A stretch of 61,732 nucleotides of DNA, from the NCBI GenBank assembly GCA_030432015.1, contig JAUIHJ010000001.1, positions 1-61,732 of the forward strand, in the 5' to 3' direction. Made by a program: the position numbers and the translations under genes. Source of the stretch: a bacterium (GTDB taxonomy: Bacteria; Planctomycetota; Planctomycetia; Pirellulales; Pirellulaceae). The notes beneath the pieces are model-generated. The model searched no databases. It was not told where the DNA came from and saw only the letters and a list, made by a program, of their open reading frames with translations. This document shows, piece by piece, positions 18,134-27,810 of the stretch (its first letter is position 1; each line of letters begins with the position of its first letter).

Positions 18134-20635
18134 ATGGCAATACTGCGAGCGACAAAGGGTCTTGAGCCTGGCCGAGTTTGTGCGCTGGAGCACGGCGCCA
18201 CGATTTTGGGACGCAACCCCAAGCGATGCCACGTGGTGCTCGAGCATTTTGCCGTCAGCCGCGAGCATGCGCGGATCGAGTTACAAGAGGACGCCACCTA
18301 TATTGAGGACCTTGGCAGTCGCAACGGGGTCTGGGTGAATGGCCGGCAGATTCCGGCGGGCCCAAGTGGACGGGTGCCGTTAAAGGGTTTTGACCGCATC
18401 GGGATTGCCGCCTTCGAGTTTATTTTCGAAGACGATGGTTCCAGCACTGGCATCAGCAGCAGTAACAGCGCGCTGATCCATGCCGACGAAACGGCCTGCC
18501 CGGATATTCATTCGACCGTGGACGTGGGATGCGACAGTTCGTACGAGGACTTGCTGATCGCCGAGAACCATCAGGAGCGGTTCAGCAAGCTCCGCACGGT
18601 CTTGGCCATCATTGACCAGTTGGCCAACACGCTCGATATCGACGTTGCCCTGCCCAGAATCATTGACGCCCTTTTTCGCGCCTTGCCGCATGCCCAGAAT
18701 GGTTTTGTGCTGTTGCGGGATCACGAGCGTGGGACATTCCATCCGGTCGCCGAGCGTAGGGTGAAGCGGACGCTGGATGCGATTCGCATTAGTCAGACGG
18801 TCATCGACTACCTGGTGGATTCTAAGAAAGCGGTCCTCAGCATGGACGTTGCCAACGACGTCCGGTTTGTCCGCAGTCCTAGCGTCCGCGCCCTGCAACT
18901 GCGTTCGATGATCAGCGCGCCGCTTTTGGATGGCCGTGGTGAGGTTCGCGGCATCATTCAATTGGAAGTCGTGGACGGATCGCAGCAGTTTTCGCAAAGC
19001 GATCTTGAGCTACTGGCTGGCGTCGCTCGGCATATCGGCATTGTCATCGAAAATGCTCAACTGCACGCGGCGGCGATCAATGCCGAACGCACAGCGTTCG
19101 ATCAACGCTTTCGCCAACTCATTGAAGGGTCCGTTCAAGGCATTCTGATCCATCGACAGTTTGCCCCGGTTTTTGTCAATGATGCCTGGGCGAGCCTGCA
19201 CGGCTATACCACACGCGACATCATGATGATGCCCAGCGTCGCTCCGCTGATTGCGGAAGAAGATCGCCCGCAGGTTGAAGCGTACGTCGCCGGTTTGCTC
19301 GACAAGAGCCGCGAAACCTGCCGCTACGAGGCGCAGGGTGTCCGCATGGATGGATCGAAGATCGCTCTGGAGAATTTCAGCACGACCGTTCAGTGGGGCG
19401 AGGAGCCGGCAATCCAAACGACTTCCATTGACCTCACGCAGCGCAAGAACGCCGAAGCGATCTTGCAACAATCGCATGACGAAATGGAACGGCGCGTCCT
19501 GGAGCGATCGGCCGAATTGGCCCAATCGGAGTCCCTCTACCGATCTCTCGTCGATCATCTTCCGATTTCCGTTTGCCGGAAGGATTTGCAGGGGCGATAC
19601 ACGTTTGTTAACCGGGCCTTCTGTAAGCTGCTCGATGCCACCGAAAGTCAACTCGTTGGTCGCTGCGACGCCGACCTCTTACCGGCTGATCTCGCCGTGA
19701 AACTGGAACAGGCAGCACAGCAGGTCATCAAGACGGGTACGCTTTGTGAGTCGATCGAGACGCTGAGCTGGCCGGATGATCGTGTTTGCTATCTGCAGAC
19801 CATTCAGTTGCCGATTCAGGACGAGCAGGGCAACACGGTCGGAACGCAGGTCTTTTTCGGAGATGTTACGTCGCTCAAGCAGACCGAAGAAGATCGCAAC
19901 CGGTATGCTGCGGACCTTGAACGCAGCAACCGCGACCTCGAGCAATTCGCGTATAGCGTATCGCATGATTTGCAGTCGCCGTTACGCACCATCGCAAGCT
20001 ACTGCGACCTGTTGCAGCGACGATACAGTAGCGACTTGAATGCTGAGGCGGTCGAGTTTCTTAATAGTACGGTTGACGCGACACGTCGCATGCGAAACTT
20101 GCTCAATGACTTGTTGGCATTTTCGCGCGTGACGACGGCAGCGCAACAGTTCGAGCCGATTGATTCTGCGGCGGCACTGCAGGATGCCATGGCGAATGTG
20201 CGGACCGCGATCGACGCGTCGGGCGCCCAAATCGAAGTCGGGGACATGCCTTCGGTGTTGGCCGATTCTTCCCAGCTGATGCAGGTTTTTCAGAATCTGA
20301 TTGATAACGCGATCCACTATCGCAGCGACGCGCCCCCTCGGATTAAGGTCGAAGCGACCGAGTTGCCGGATGCCTGGCAGTTTTCCGTTAGCGACAACGG
20401 AGTTGGCTTTGACCCGAAGTTTAAAGAGCGGATTTTCGTGATGTTCCAGCGACTCTATGCGGAACACGAATTACCCGGTTCGGGTATTGGGCTGGCAATC
20501 TGCAAGCGAATTCTCGAACGGCACGGGGGTAAAATCTGGGCCGATTCCCAGCCGGGGCAGGGGAGTTGCTTTTACTTCACAATCGCCAAGGCATTCATTG
20601 AGCACCCCACTGCGGAGATGCCGACCGCCGTGTGA
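18134..20635 (+). CDS. FHA-GAF-PAS-PAS sensor histidine kinase
   Basis: N-terminal FHA (ILGRNPKRCHVVLEHFAVSREHARIE...GSRNGVWVNG). A GAF-like segment is followed by two PAS segments. H-box is SVSHDLQSPLRTI. HATPase N/G boxes are DNAIHY, DNGVGF and GSGIGLAICKRILERHGG. Confidence 0.9.
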   Translation: MAILRATKGLEPGRVCALEHGATILGRNPKRCHVVLEHFAVSREHARIELQEDATYIEDLGSRNGVWVNGRQIPAGPSGRVPLKGFDRIGIAAFEFIFEDDGSSTGISSSNSALIHADETACPDIHSTVDVGCDSSYEDLLIAENHQERFSKLRTVLAIIDQLANTLDIDVALPRIIDALFRALPHAQNGFVLLRDHERGTFHPVAERRVKRTLDAIRISQTVIDYLVDSKKAVLSMDVANDVRFVRSPSVRALQLRSMISAPLLDGRGEVRGIIQLEVVDGSQQFSQSDLELLAGVARHIGIVIENAQLHAAAINAERTAFDQRFRQLIEGSVQGILIHRQFAPVFVNDAWASLHGYTTRDIMMMPSVAPLIAEEDRPQVEAYVAGLLDKSRETCRYEAQGVRMDGSKIALENFSTTVQWGEEPAIQTTSIDLTQRKNAEAILQQSHDEMERRVLERSAELAQSESLYRSLVDHLPISVCRKDLQGRYTFVNRAFCKLLDATESQLVGRCDADLLPADLAVKLEQAAQQVIKTGTLCESIETLSWPDDRVCYLQTIQLPIQDEQGNTVGTQVFFGDVTSLKQTEEDRNRYAADLERSNRDLEQFAYSVSHDLQSPLRTIASYCDLLQRRYSSDLNAEAVEFLNSTVDATRRMRNLLNDLLAFSRVTTAAQQFEPIDSAAALQDAMANVRTAIDASGAQIEVGDMPSVLADSSQLMQVFQNLIDNAIHYRSDAPPRIKVEATELPDAWQFSVSDNGVGFDPKFKERIFVMFQRLYAEHELPGSGIGLAICKRILERHGGKIWADSQPGQGSCFYFTIAKAFIEHPTAEMPTAV

Positions 20636-20659
20636 GCAACGTGCTTCGGGCCGTCGACT

Positions 20660-21208
20660 TCATCGCGGCGGGCCTGCGTCTTGCGAGCCGCGTTGCAAAT
20701 GGAGATAGAACAAGATGCCGACGATCGTTTTGGCATCCTGGATCTCACCCGTTTGAATCATCGCCACCGCTTGAGAGAACGGGACCACCAGATTCTCGAT
20801 CTCTTCCCCGATTTCCCGGTTGGCGCCAACGTGCACCAGGTCGGTGGCCACGTACAGGTGCATTCGTTCGTCCAGGATGCCAGGCGAGAGATAGAACTCA
20901 TGGAGCGGCGTTAGTTTGCCCGCTTGATACCCGGTCTCCTCGATCAACTCGCGGCGTGCTGTCACGACGGGTGCTTCATTGGGCTCGCGGGTCCCGGCCG
21001 GCAGTTCGATCAGCGTCGACTCGACGGAGATACGGTAATTCCGGATCAAACAGACGTGTTCGTCGTCGACCATGGGCAAAATGGTCACCGCGCCCGGGTG
21101 GCGTACGACTTGCCGATGATGGAGGCGGCCATCGCCTAGCGTTTGGGTTACCTGTTCGACCCGAAAGCGGTCTGTTTCGAGCAATTGTTGGGACTTGACG
21201 GACATCAT
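20660..21208 (-). CDS. NUDIX hydrolase (ADP-ribose pyrophosphatase-like)
   Basis: Nudix box GTREPNEAPVVTARRELIEETGY. The track start at 21412 adds 68 low-quality codons; MMSVKSQ at 21208 gives a typical ~180 aa. Confidence 0.85.
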   Translation of the reverse strand: MMSVKSQQLLETDRFRVEQVTQTLGDGRLHHRQVVRHPGAVTILPMVDDEHVCLIRNYRISVESTLIELPAGTREPNEAPVVTARRELIEETGYQAGKLTPLHEFYLSPGILDERMHLYVATDLVHVGANREIGEEIENLVVPFSQAVAMIQTGEIQDAKTIVGILFYLHLQRGSQDAGPPR

Positions 21209-21410
21209 GCGGTCTCCAGCGGCGGAACGACTCGTACGATTGTGCCGTAGCGAGGCGATGGAAACAACGGGCCCGGCATGTCGAATTGGCCGCAGTTGCA
21301 GGGCGGGCGCAGAACCAATTGGATTTGGATTGAAGGACCTGTGGACGGCTGATAAAATGAGTTGCACCGGTTTGACCGACCAAAACTCAACGTGAAGACG
21401 CGGAACGTTC

Positions 21411-22499
21411 ATGCGCAGTCACACCTCATGGAGCATCGGTCTGGGCCGCTGGGGCGGCGTCGATGTGCGATTGCACATGTTCTTCCTGCTGTTTGCAGTC
21501 TGCACGCTGTTCTTCGCCTGGCAGGCCAGCCAAACTCCAGGCTCGGGTGATCTGGTCTGGGTCGCCATCGGCAGTCTGAGCATCTTGTTGACGAGCATCT
21601 TGCTGCATGAATGCGGCCACTATTTCGCGGCCGTACGGACCGGCGGTGCGGGCGACGAGATCGTTGTGGGCCCATTGGGAGGGCTGACCTCCATGCGTCC
21701 GCCGGCAGATCCGTTTGCCGAATGCGTCATGCACTTGGCCGGACCGTTGGTCAACCTGGTGCTCTGCATCGTCAGCGGAACGGTCTTACAACTCGTTGTG
21801 CCGGGTTCGGTCTGGGGACTTCTCCATCCGTTGGCCCCGGAAGGTCTCGTCGAAGAAGCCGGCATGGTCGGCGCCTTGAAGTTGACGTTCTGGATTAACT
21901 GGGTCGTCATGTTGGCCAATCTGCTACCCGCCTTTCCGTTTGACGGCGGCAGGGCATTGCGTGCGGCCCTGATGGGTTGGTGGCCCGACGCGAGTCCTCG
22001 TCGGGCGGCCCTCTTCGTGTCGATGTTGGCCAAGTTTGCCGCGCTGGTCCTGCTGGTCTTCGCCGGTGTGCAGGGGCGCTACTTTAATTCCCCTGAGAAC
22101 GCTTCCCGGCAGATTCCGATGTGGTTTTCCTTGGCCTTGCTCGCAATCTTTCTGTACTTCAGCGCAAAGCACGAAGAGGAACGTGTGGAGGAGATCGAGT
22201 TGGAGGATGATCTGTTCGGGTACGATTTTTCACAAGGGTATATGAGCCTCGAGCAAAACAACCGGCCGCAACCGCCGCAAGAAGGCCATTTCAAACGTTG
22301 GCTCGCAAAACGCCGGCGCGAAAAGCACCGTCGTCAAGCGGAACTCGAACAGGAAGAGGAATTGCGAGTCGACGGCATTTTAGAACGGTTGCACGAACAG
22401 GGTATGGACCAACTCTCAACCGAAGAGCAGTTGCTGCTCAAACGGGTCAGCCATCGCTATCGCCAGCGAAACAGCCAGTCGCCCGATCACAGCTCCTGA
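21411..22499 (+). CDS. Site-2 protease family (M50) membrane metalloprotease
   Basis: HExxH motif (LLHECGHYF) inside a TM helix, a second motif NLLPAFPFDGG, several hydrophobic spans and a charged C-terminal tail. Confidence 0.85.
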   Translation: MRSHTSWSIGLGRWGGVDVRLHMFFLLFAVCTLFFAWQASQTPGSGDLVWVAIGSLSILLTSILLHECGHYFAAVRTGGAGDEIVVGPLGGLTSMRPPADPFAECVMHLAGPLVNLVLCIVSGTVLQLVVPGSVWGLLHPLAPEGLVEEAGMVGALKLTFWINWVVMLANLLPAFPFDGGRALRAALMGWWPDASPRRAALFVSMLAKFAALVLLVFAGVQGRYFNSPENASRQIPMWFSLALLAIFLYFSAKHEEERVEEIELEDDLFGYDFSQGYMSLEQNNRPQPPQEGHFKRWLAKRRREKHRRQAELEQEEELRVDGILERLHEQGMDQLSTEEQLLLKRVSHRYRQRNSQSPDHSS

Positions 22500-22583
22500 T
22501 TGTGACGGTCGTATTGATTCTTCTGGCCCCGTTCCACGGTCGAGTCGGAACCAGGGCGGTGCGTTACAACCGCGCGTTGCATC

Positions 22584-24305
22584 TTGGTTGGCGTAGCGTA
22601 CGTTTCTGAGGCCGCGCAAACGATTCGTTCTGGCTGCGCGACATCAAGTTTTCCGCACCCAACCGAGGCGATCGACTTGGACTGCTCATTATCCGTCGCC
22701 AGCGAAGGCGCTGCTGTGAACGCGTGGGACGACCTGTTACGGGACCTTAGCGATTTTTTTGCCGTCGAATTCTCCGTCTGGGATGGCTCGACAGGTGATC
22801 TGATCCGCGCCAGTTCCTCACAGCCGGTCGGTGACGAATTCGCGGCGGCGAACCTCATCTCGGCGGTTGATCGGCGCCAGGAGCCGGCGTTCATCTTCGA
22901 TGAAGATGGTCTCCTGTCGCTCGCCATCCCGCTGGGGCCGATGGCGGAAACGAGTGTGGTTGTCGCCGCCTGGTTCCTCACCCGTGAAGTTGGTGCCGAC
23001 GAATCGCCAGCGGAGTTTGCCTCGCTGCTGGCAGTCGATCGGCAACACGCGATGGCGTGGGTGCGGCAGCAAGAAATCTGGTCGCCTGCGGCGCTGCTGA
23101 GATTGGCCGCAGCGGTCCGTGCCAAGCTGCACGCGGAAGCGGCCGCACTGAGAAACGCCCGCGACGTCCAAATGATTTCGGGGAGCCTTGCCAGCACGAA
23201 TGAAGAGATCAACCTCGTCCATGCAATGACGCAGCATCTCCGAATTTCCAGCACCGAAGGCGAAATTGGCCAGATGGCGACGGAGTGGTTGGGCGAATGC
23301 GTGCCGGCGGAGGCCTTCGCCGTTCAATACGTACCCGTTACCGAGGTGGGACAGGTGCCCTGCCGTAGCAGCAAGAAGCAGGAGTTTCATACGGCCGGCA
23401 ATTGCCCGGTCGACAGCCAGGCCTTCTCGCAACTGATCCACGAAAGCGGCTTGGAGCCCGGGTCGAAGCCCTTGATCGCCAACGCCCCGGTCACGTCCAA
23501 GGAGGATTGGCCGTTCCCTCGCATTCGGCAGGTGATTGTCGTGCCGTTGTCAGAAGGCAATAAGCTGTTCGGATGGCTCGCGGCCTTTAACCATCGCGAG
23601 GATCGCGAGTTTGGCACCGACGAAGCACGACGCCTAAGTGCACTTGGCGCGCTGCTGGGAATCCACAGCAGCAATCGTCAGTTGTATCGCGAGCAAGCCG
23701 AATTCGTTGCCAACGTGGTCCGGGCTTTGGTGTCCGCGATTGACGCCAAGGACCCGTACACGAGCGGCCATAGTGATCGCGTTTCGAGGGTCGCGGTTCG
23801 CCTCGCCCTGGAAATGCGTTGCAACCCGAAAATCGTCAACACGATCTACATGGCGGGCCTCCTGCACGATGTCGGAAAAATCGGCATCGACGACAACGTG
23901 CTGCGCAAAGCGGGCAGGCTCACGGATCAGGAATTCGAACATATCAAGCTGCATCCCGAGATGGGCTATCGTATCCTGGCGGATCTCAAACAGCTGGCGG
24001 ATGTTTTACCGGCCGTCTTGCACCATCACGAACAATGGGATGGGGGCGGTTATCCCCACGGCCTGTGCGGCGAAGAGACCCCGCTGATCGCCCGCATCAT
24101 GGCGGTCGCCGATGCCTATGATGCCATGATTAGCGACCGGCCCTACCGCAGGGGCATGGACGAAGCGAAAGTCGATCAGATCTTTCGCGACGGCGCGGGG
24201 AAGCAATGGGACGCGAACGTCGTTGACGCGTTCTTTGCGGCCAAAGATGACATTGTCGCGATTACGACACGCGAACGGGTTCAGCTTGTTGAGCACTGGG
24301 TCTGA
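22584..24305 (+). CDS. GAF-domain HD-GYP phosphodiesterase (c-di-GMP)
   Basis: HD domain (SGHSDRV...LLHDVGKIG) and HHHEQWDGGGYPHGL, the HD-GYP signature. Upstream GAF-like block VIVVPLSEGNKLFGWLAAFNH. The N-terminal start is uncertain. Confidence 0.85.
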   Translation: MVGVAYVSEAAQTIRSGCATSSFPHPTEAIDLDCSLSVASEGAAVNAWDDLLRDLSDFFAVEFSVWDGSTGDLIRASSSQPVGDEFAAANLISAVDRRQEPAFIFDEDGLLSLAIPLGPMAETSVVVAAWFLTREVGADESPAEFASLLAVDRQHAMAWVRQQEIWSPAALLRLAAAVRAKLHAEAAALRNARDVQMISGSLASTNEEINLVHAMTQHLRISSTEGEIGQMATEWLGECVPAEAFAVQYVPVTEVGQVPCRSSKKQEFHTAGNCPVDSQAFSQLIHESGLEPGSKPLIANAPVTSKEDWPFPRIRQVIVVPLSEGNKLFGWLAAFNHREDREFGTDEARRLSALGALLGIHSSNRQLYREQAEFVANVVRALVSAIDAKDPYTSGHSDRVSRVAVRLALEMRCNPKIVNTIYMAGLLHDVGKIGIDDNVLRKAGRLTDQEFEHIKLHPEMGYRILADLKQLADVLPAVLHHHEQWDGGGYPHGLCGEETPLIARIMAVADAYDAMISDRPYRRGMDEAKVDQIFRDGAGKQWDANVVDAFFAAKDDIVAITTRERVQLVEHWV

Positions 24306-24374
24306 TCGTCCAATCCTCCGCGATGCGCGGGCGGGATCGGCTGGGCGACGATCGGTTCGTGCGACCCGGCAAAC

Positions 24375-26219
24375 TCAGTTGCCGGGGGCACCAGGAACGG
24401 CTGCCCCGGGCCCTTCGTCTGCCGGCGGGCTGGCTGGCCCGCCTGCCGCTGGTCCAATCGCCGCTGGTCCAATCGCCGCTGGTCCGCTTGCCGCCCCTCC
24501 GGGGCCTGGCGCGCTTCCGGGATTGGCGGGACCGGGAGTGGCTGGGGCAGGCGACGACGGAATCGAGCCTGGCCCGGCCGCCGCAGCGGGGTTGCCAATC
24601 GCGCCGGGTTGGGCGCTAATCGCCGGAGCTTCCGCTTCGACGTCTGCCTCGGCGGGTGGCCCGCCCGTAATCGCCTCCAGACTGGTCATCGCCGTTCGGA
24701 CCTGCTTGGCAAGCGTATCGAGGGACTTGGGTTGATCGACCTCGAGGTCGACCAGGTCGGTGGCCTGCATGATCGCTGCGAATCGATCCAAGATCTTCTT
24801 GCGCTGCAGGTTTTGGTCGTTGGGTACGTTGACTTTGCGCACCCCATTAAGGCCTCGGAAAACACACACCAGCTGATATTTGAGCCGCCGCCGTGCCAGG
24901 TCGATTCTAGGGTCGTTCAGGGACTGCGACGAGGTTTCCAGGCCGCCGTAGCCGCCCGTTCCGTAGCCTCCCATGCCACCGCCCATCCCCATCTCTCCGC
25001 CCATTCCCATGTCTCCGCCCATTCCGCCTTCCATCCCCGGCATCCCCATTCCAGGCATACTCATTCCGGGCATGCTCATGCCCGGCATACTCATGCCTGG
25101 CATGCTCATCCCAGGCATGCCCATTCCGGGCATACCTGCCTCGCCGCCTGCAGACAGGGTTGGTGTTTTCTCCAACTCGGCGTCGATCCAGGTGAGTTCC
25201 CGCCGGCAGATTTGGGTCGCCAAGGCGCCGAGCTTCTCGGTCGCCTTCAGGCTATCGATCTTGGCTTTGGTTGACGTCAGCCCCAGCGTTGCGGCGGCCG
25301 TGCAGCGGAGCGACGGCGATTCAGTTTGGTCCGCGACGATCGCTTGCAGCGCCGCGTTGGTTGTGTCTCCGGTTTCCGCCAGCGACAACCCACCCAGGAT
25401 TCCGGCGATCTCGATCGCCCGACGTCGCATCCAGACGTGCCCTTCGGCGCTGCGAGTTGCCGGAGGCGTTTTCTGCGTCGCAATCTGCACCAAGAGTTCG
25501 ATCAGCTTTGTACGCGTGGCGGTGGGGATTTGAGGCGTCCGTGAGTCCGCCAGCAACTTTGCATGTCGCATCATTCCCACCATGGCGGCCATCTTCAGGT
25601 AGTCCGGCTGCTTGTCGTCCACCAGCGCGGTCTGCACCAAGTCCTTAAACGCGGGCCCGTAGGGATAAGGGAGCGGTTGCTGGGTCCCTTTGGCCTCACT
25701 GCCGTTTAGTTCACCCAAACAGAGCATGGCGTTATACCGAACCGCTGGGTGCAGCGTAACAACGGTTCCGTCCCGGTTCTTCACGGTTGGTTGCGTAATC
25801 GCTTTGACACCAGCGTAAATGATTTCCAGCACCGGCTTATGCACCGCGTCGCTGCGAATGCTCCTGAGATCCTTGAGCAATTCGATGCGTTTCTCCGGGA
25901 GCTTATCGAGGGCATCGAGCTGCGTCATCGTGGGGATGAAGTAGCTCATGTACCAGCCCTGGATCTTCTTCTGATTCGCAGGATCACCCCACGGCAATGT
26001 CCCGATCAAAATCTTGCGTTTGTCATTCAGAATCGTGCGAAAGAACGTCGCGGAGTAGGTCGCTTCGTTTCGCTCGTCCATTTTCGAATAGACCGGCATC
26101 GATCCATATCTTGTCTGGGCGTAACTTCTGGCGGGCGCATAGAACAATGTGCCGATCATTGACAGCAAGCCCGCCGCCAGGACCCATCGCGAGCATGAAC
26201 CGATCCGACAATTGAACAT
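24375..26219 (-). CDS. Secreted/anchored hypothetical protein with a Met-Pro-Gly repeat and a Pro/Ala/Gly-rich tail
   Basis: N-terminal hydrophobic signal/anchor (WVLAAGLLSMIGTLFYAPARSYA) and a ~370-aa helical-looking domain. Next comes MPGMGMPGMSMPGMSMPGMSMPGMSMPGMGMPGME followed by GGMGGDMGMGGEMGMGGGMGG, then a C-terminal PAAIGPAAIGPAAGGPA-type low-complexity tail. Confidence 0.75.
   Translation of the reverse strand: MFNCRIGSCSRWVLAAGLLSMIGTLFYAPARSYAQTRYGSMPVYSKMDERNEATYSATFFRTILNDKRKILIGTLPWGDPANQKKIQGWYMSYFIPTMTQLDALDKLPEKRIELLKDLRSIRSDAVHKPVLEIIYAGVKAITQPTVKNRDGTVVTLHPAVRYNAMLCLGELNGSEAKGTQQPLPYPYGPAFKDLVQTALVDDKQPDYLKMAAMVGMMRHAKLLADSRTPQIPTATRTKLIELLVQIATQKTPPATRSAEGHVWMRRRAIEIAGILGGLSLAETGDTTNAALQAIVADQTESPSLRCTAAATLGLTSTKAKIDSLKATEKLGALATQICRRELTWIDAELEKTPTLSAGGEAGMPGMGMPGMSMPGMSMPGMSMPGMSMPGMGMPGMEGGMGGDMGMGGEMGMGGGMGGYGTGGYGGLETSSQSLNDPRIDLARRRLKYQLVCVFRGLNGVRKVNVPNDQNLQRKKILDRFAAIMQATDLVDLEVDQPKSLDTLAKQVRTAMTSLEAITGGPPAEADVEAEAPAISAQPGAIGNPAAAAGPGSIPSSPAPATPGPANPGSAPGPGGAASGPAAIGPAAIGPAAGGPASPPADEGPGAAVPGAPGN
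25029..25133 (-). repeat. Seven tandem 15-nt units encoding MPGM(G/S/E)
   Basis: Plus strand shows ccNggcatRctcat-type units repeated head to tail from 25029 to 25133. A degenerate GM/GG continuation runs down to about 24944. Confidence 0.9.
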
Positions 26220-26507
26220 TCTTTGGCTCCTTGTTCGTCATCCCATATCGCGATTCTGCCGGGCGACTGCCGGCGCTGCCTCGCGGGTTCTCATTCCAGC
26301 CGAAATCCTGACCTGCCTGCAGGACAAACTGGGGTATTTGACGTGATCTTCGTGCGCAACAGGGCCCGAACCTCGCCGACGCAAGGCGAACAGGCCTCTT
26401 TCCAGACTACTCGTCGTCCTAGTCCAATGTCAACTTCTTACTGCCAAAGGATTTGACGAAATGCATGAAACGCGTAGATTGTGACCACCATTGGGAGGAA
26501 CCAGCAT

Positions 26508-27449
26508 ATGACACTTTTGTATACCGACCCCTGTTTCTTGGACCATGAAACGGGGGCCCACCCGGAATGTGCGGAACGGCTGCGTCGCGTCCGGGCGCAT
26601 CTGGTAGAGTCCGGCCTGACCGCCCAGTGCCAGCCTCGGGAGGTGGTGCCGGTCGAACCGCGCCACCTGGAACGTGTCCATACCGCGAAGTACGCGGCAC
26701 AGGTTCGCGATTTCTCCGCCAATGGAGGAGGGCGCATCGAAGCGGACACCGTGCTCGCCAAGCAGTCCTACGAGGTTGCCCGCCAAGCCGCAGGGGCCGC
26801 CTGTGACGCCGTGGGGCAGGTTGTTGGCGGCGCGGCAAAGCGGGCCTTATGCCTCGTGCGCCCACCCGGCCACCATGCACTCAATTCGGCAGCCATGGGA
26901 TTCTGCCTCTTCAACAACATCGCCATTGCCGCCCGCCTGGCAACCACCGAGTTCGATCTCGATCGTGTATTGATCGTCGATTGGGACGTCCATCACGGCA
27001 ATGGAACCCAAGCCACATTTTGGGAGGATCCGCAAGTCGGTTTTCTCTCGGCCCATCGATTTCCCTTCTATCCGGGAACCGGCGCCAGCGATGAAACGGG
27101 TAGCGGCCGTGGACGAGGCATGACGCTCAACCTGCCAATTTCTTTTGGGATCTCGCGCGCGGACTATCTGCAAGGGTTCACGACCGAACTGTCACGGTTT
27201 GCCGCGAGCGTGAAGCCGCAATTGGTGTTGATCAGCGCGGGCTTCGATAGCCATCGCCTGGACCCGGTCGGCACGCTGGGACTCGAGGTCGAAGATTTCG
27301 GCGCACTGACTGCAGCGGTCATCGAAGTTGCCAACACCTACGCCGACGGACGTTTAGTCAGCGTGTTGGAAGGCGGCTACAACGTCGATATCCTGCCGCT
27401 GTGTGTCGCGGAGCATCTGCGTGGCCTGCTGGGGGCGGACGCAGAGTGA
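26508..27449 (+). CDS. Histone deacetylase family protein (acetoin utilisation / acetylpolyamine amidohydrolase-like)
   Basis: RPPGHHA, FCLFNNIAIA, DWDVHHGNGTQ and EGGY motifs. ATG at 26508 lies after GGGAGGA. Confidence 0.9.
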   Translation: MTLLYTDPCFLDHETGAHPECAERLRRVRAHLVESGLTAQCQPREVVPVEPRHLERVHTAKYAAQVRDFSANGGGRIEADTVLAKQSYEVARQAAGAACDAVGQVVGGAAKRALCLVRPPGHHALNSAAMGFCLFNNIAIAARLATTEFDLDRVLIVDWDVHHGNGTQATFWEDPQVGFLSAHRFPFYPGTGASDETGSGRGRGMTLNLPISFGISRADYLQGFTTELSRFAASVKPQLVLISAGFDSHRLDPVGTLGLEVEDFGALTAAVIEVANTYADGRLVSVLEGGYNVDILPLCVAEHLRGLLGADAE

Positions 27450-27810
27450 CCCGGTACCCCTGCAACGGTTGTCGCGTGAGACTCCGGCATGCCCCGAGGG
27501 ACTCTCGGTGATACGATTTTGACATCCATCGTCGACGCATATCCGCTGCGTCTGCGAGCGATTTTTGATGTTTCCGTCGCTGACGCGATTCGGGTGAGGC
27601 GCTATTGATCCGTTCCAGCGCCGCTCGCCGCTGAAAACGTGGAGGGTCTTGTAACCTGACGCGTCGGGTTACCAACCGCTCAGTTTGAAAATCGCAATCG
27701 CCCTGGGCAAGATCCTCCCGGCTTTGACACGGAAGTCATGAGCGACGAAAATGCGCATGTTGCCCCGCCGCGCCGATCTCACAACGATCGATCACTCCCA
27801 GCCCAAGTTC

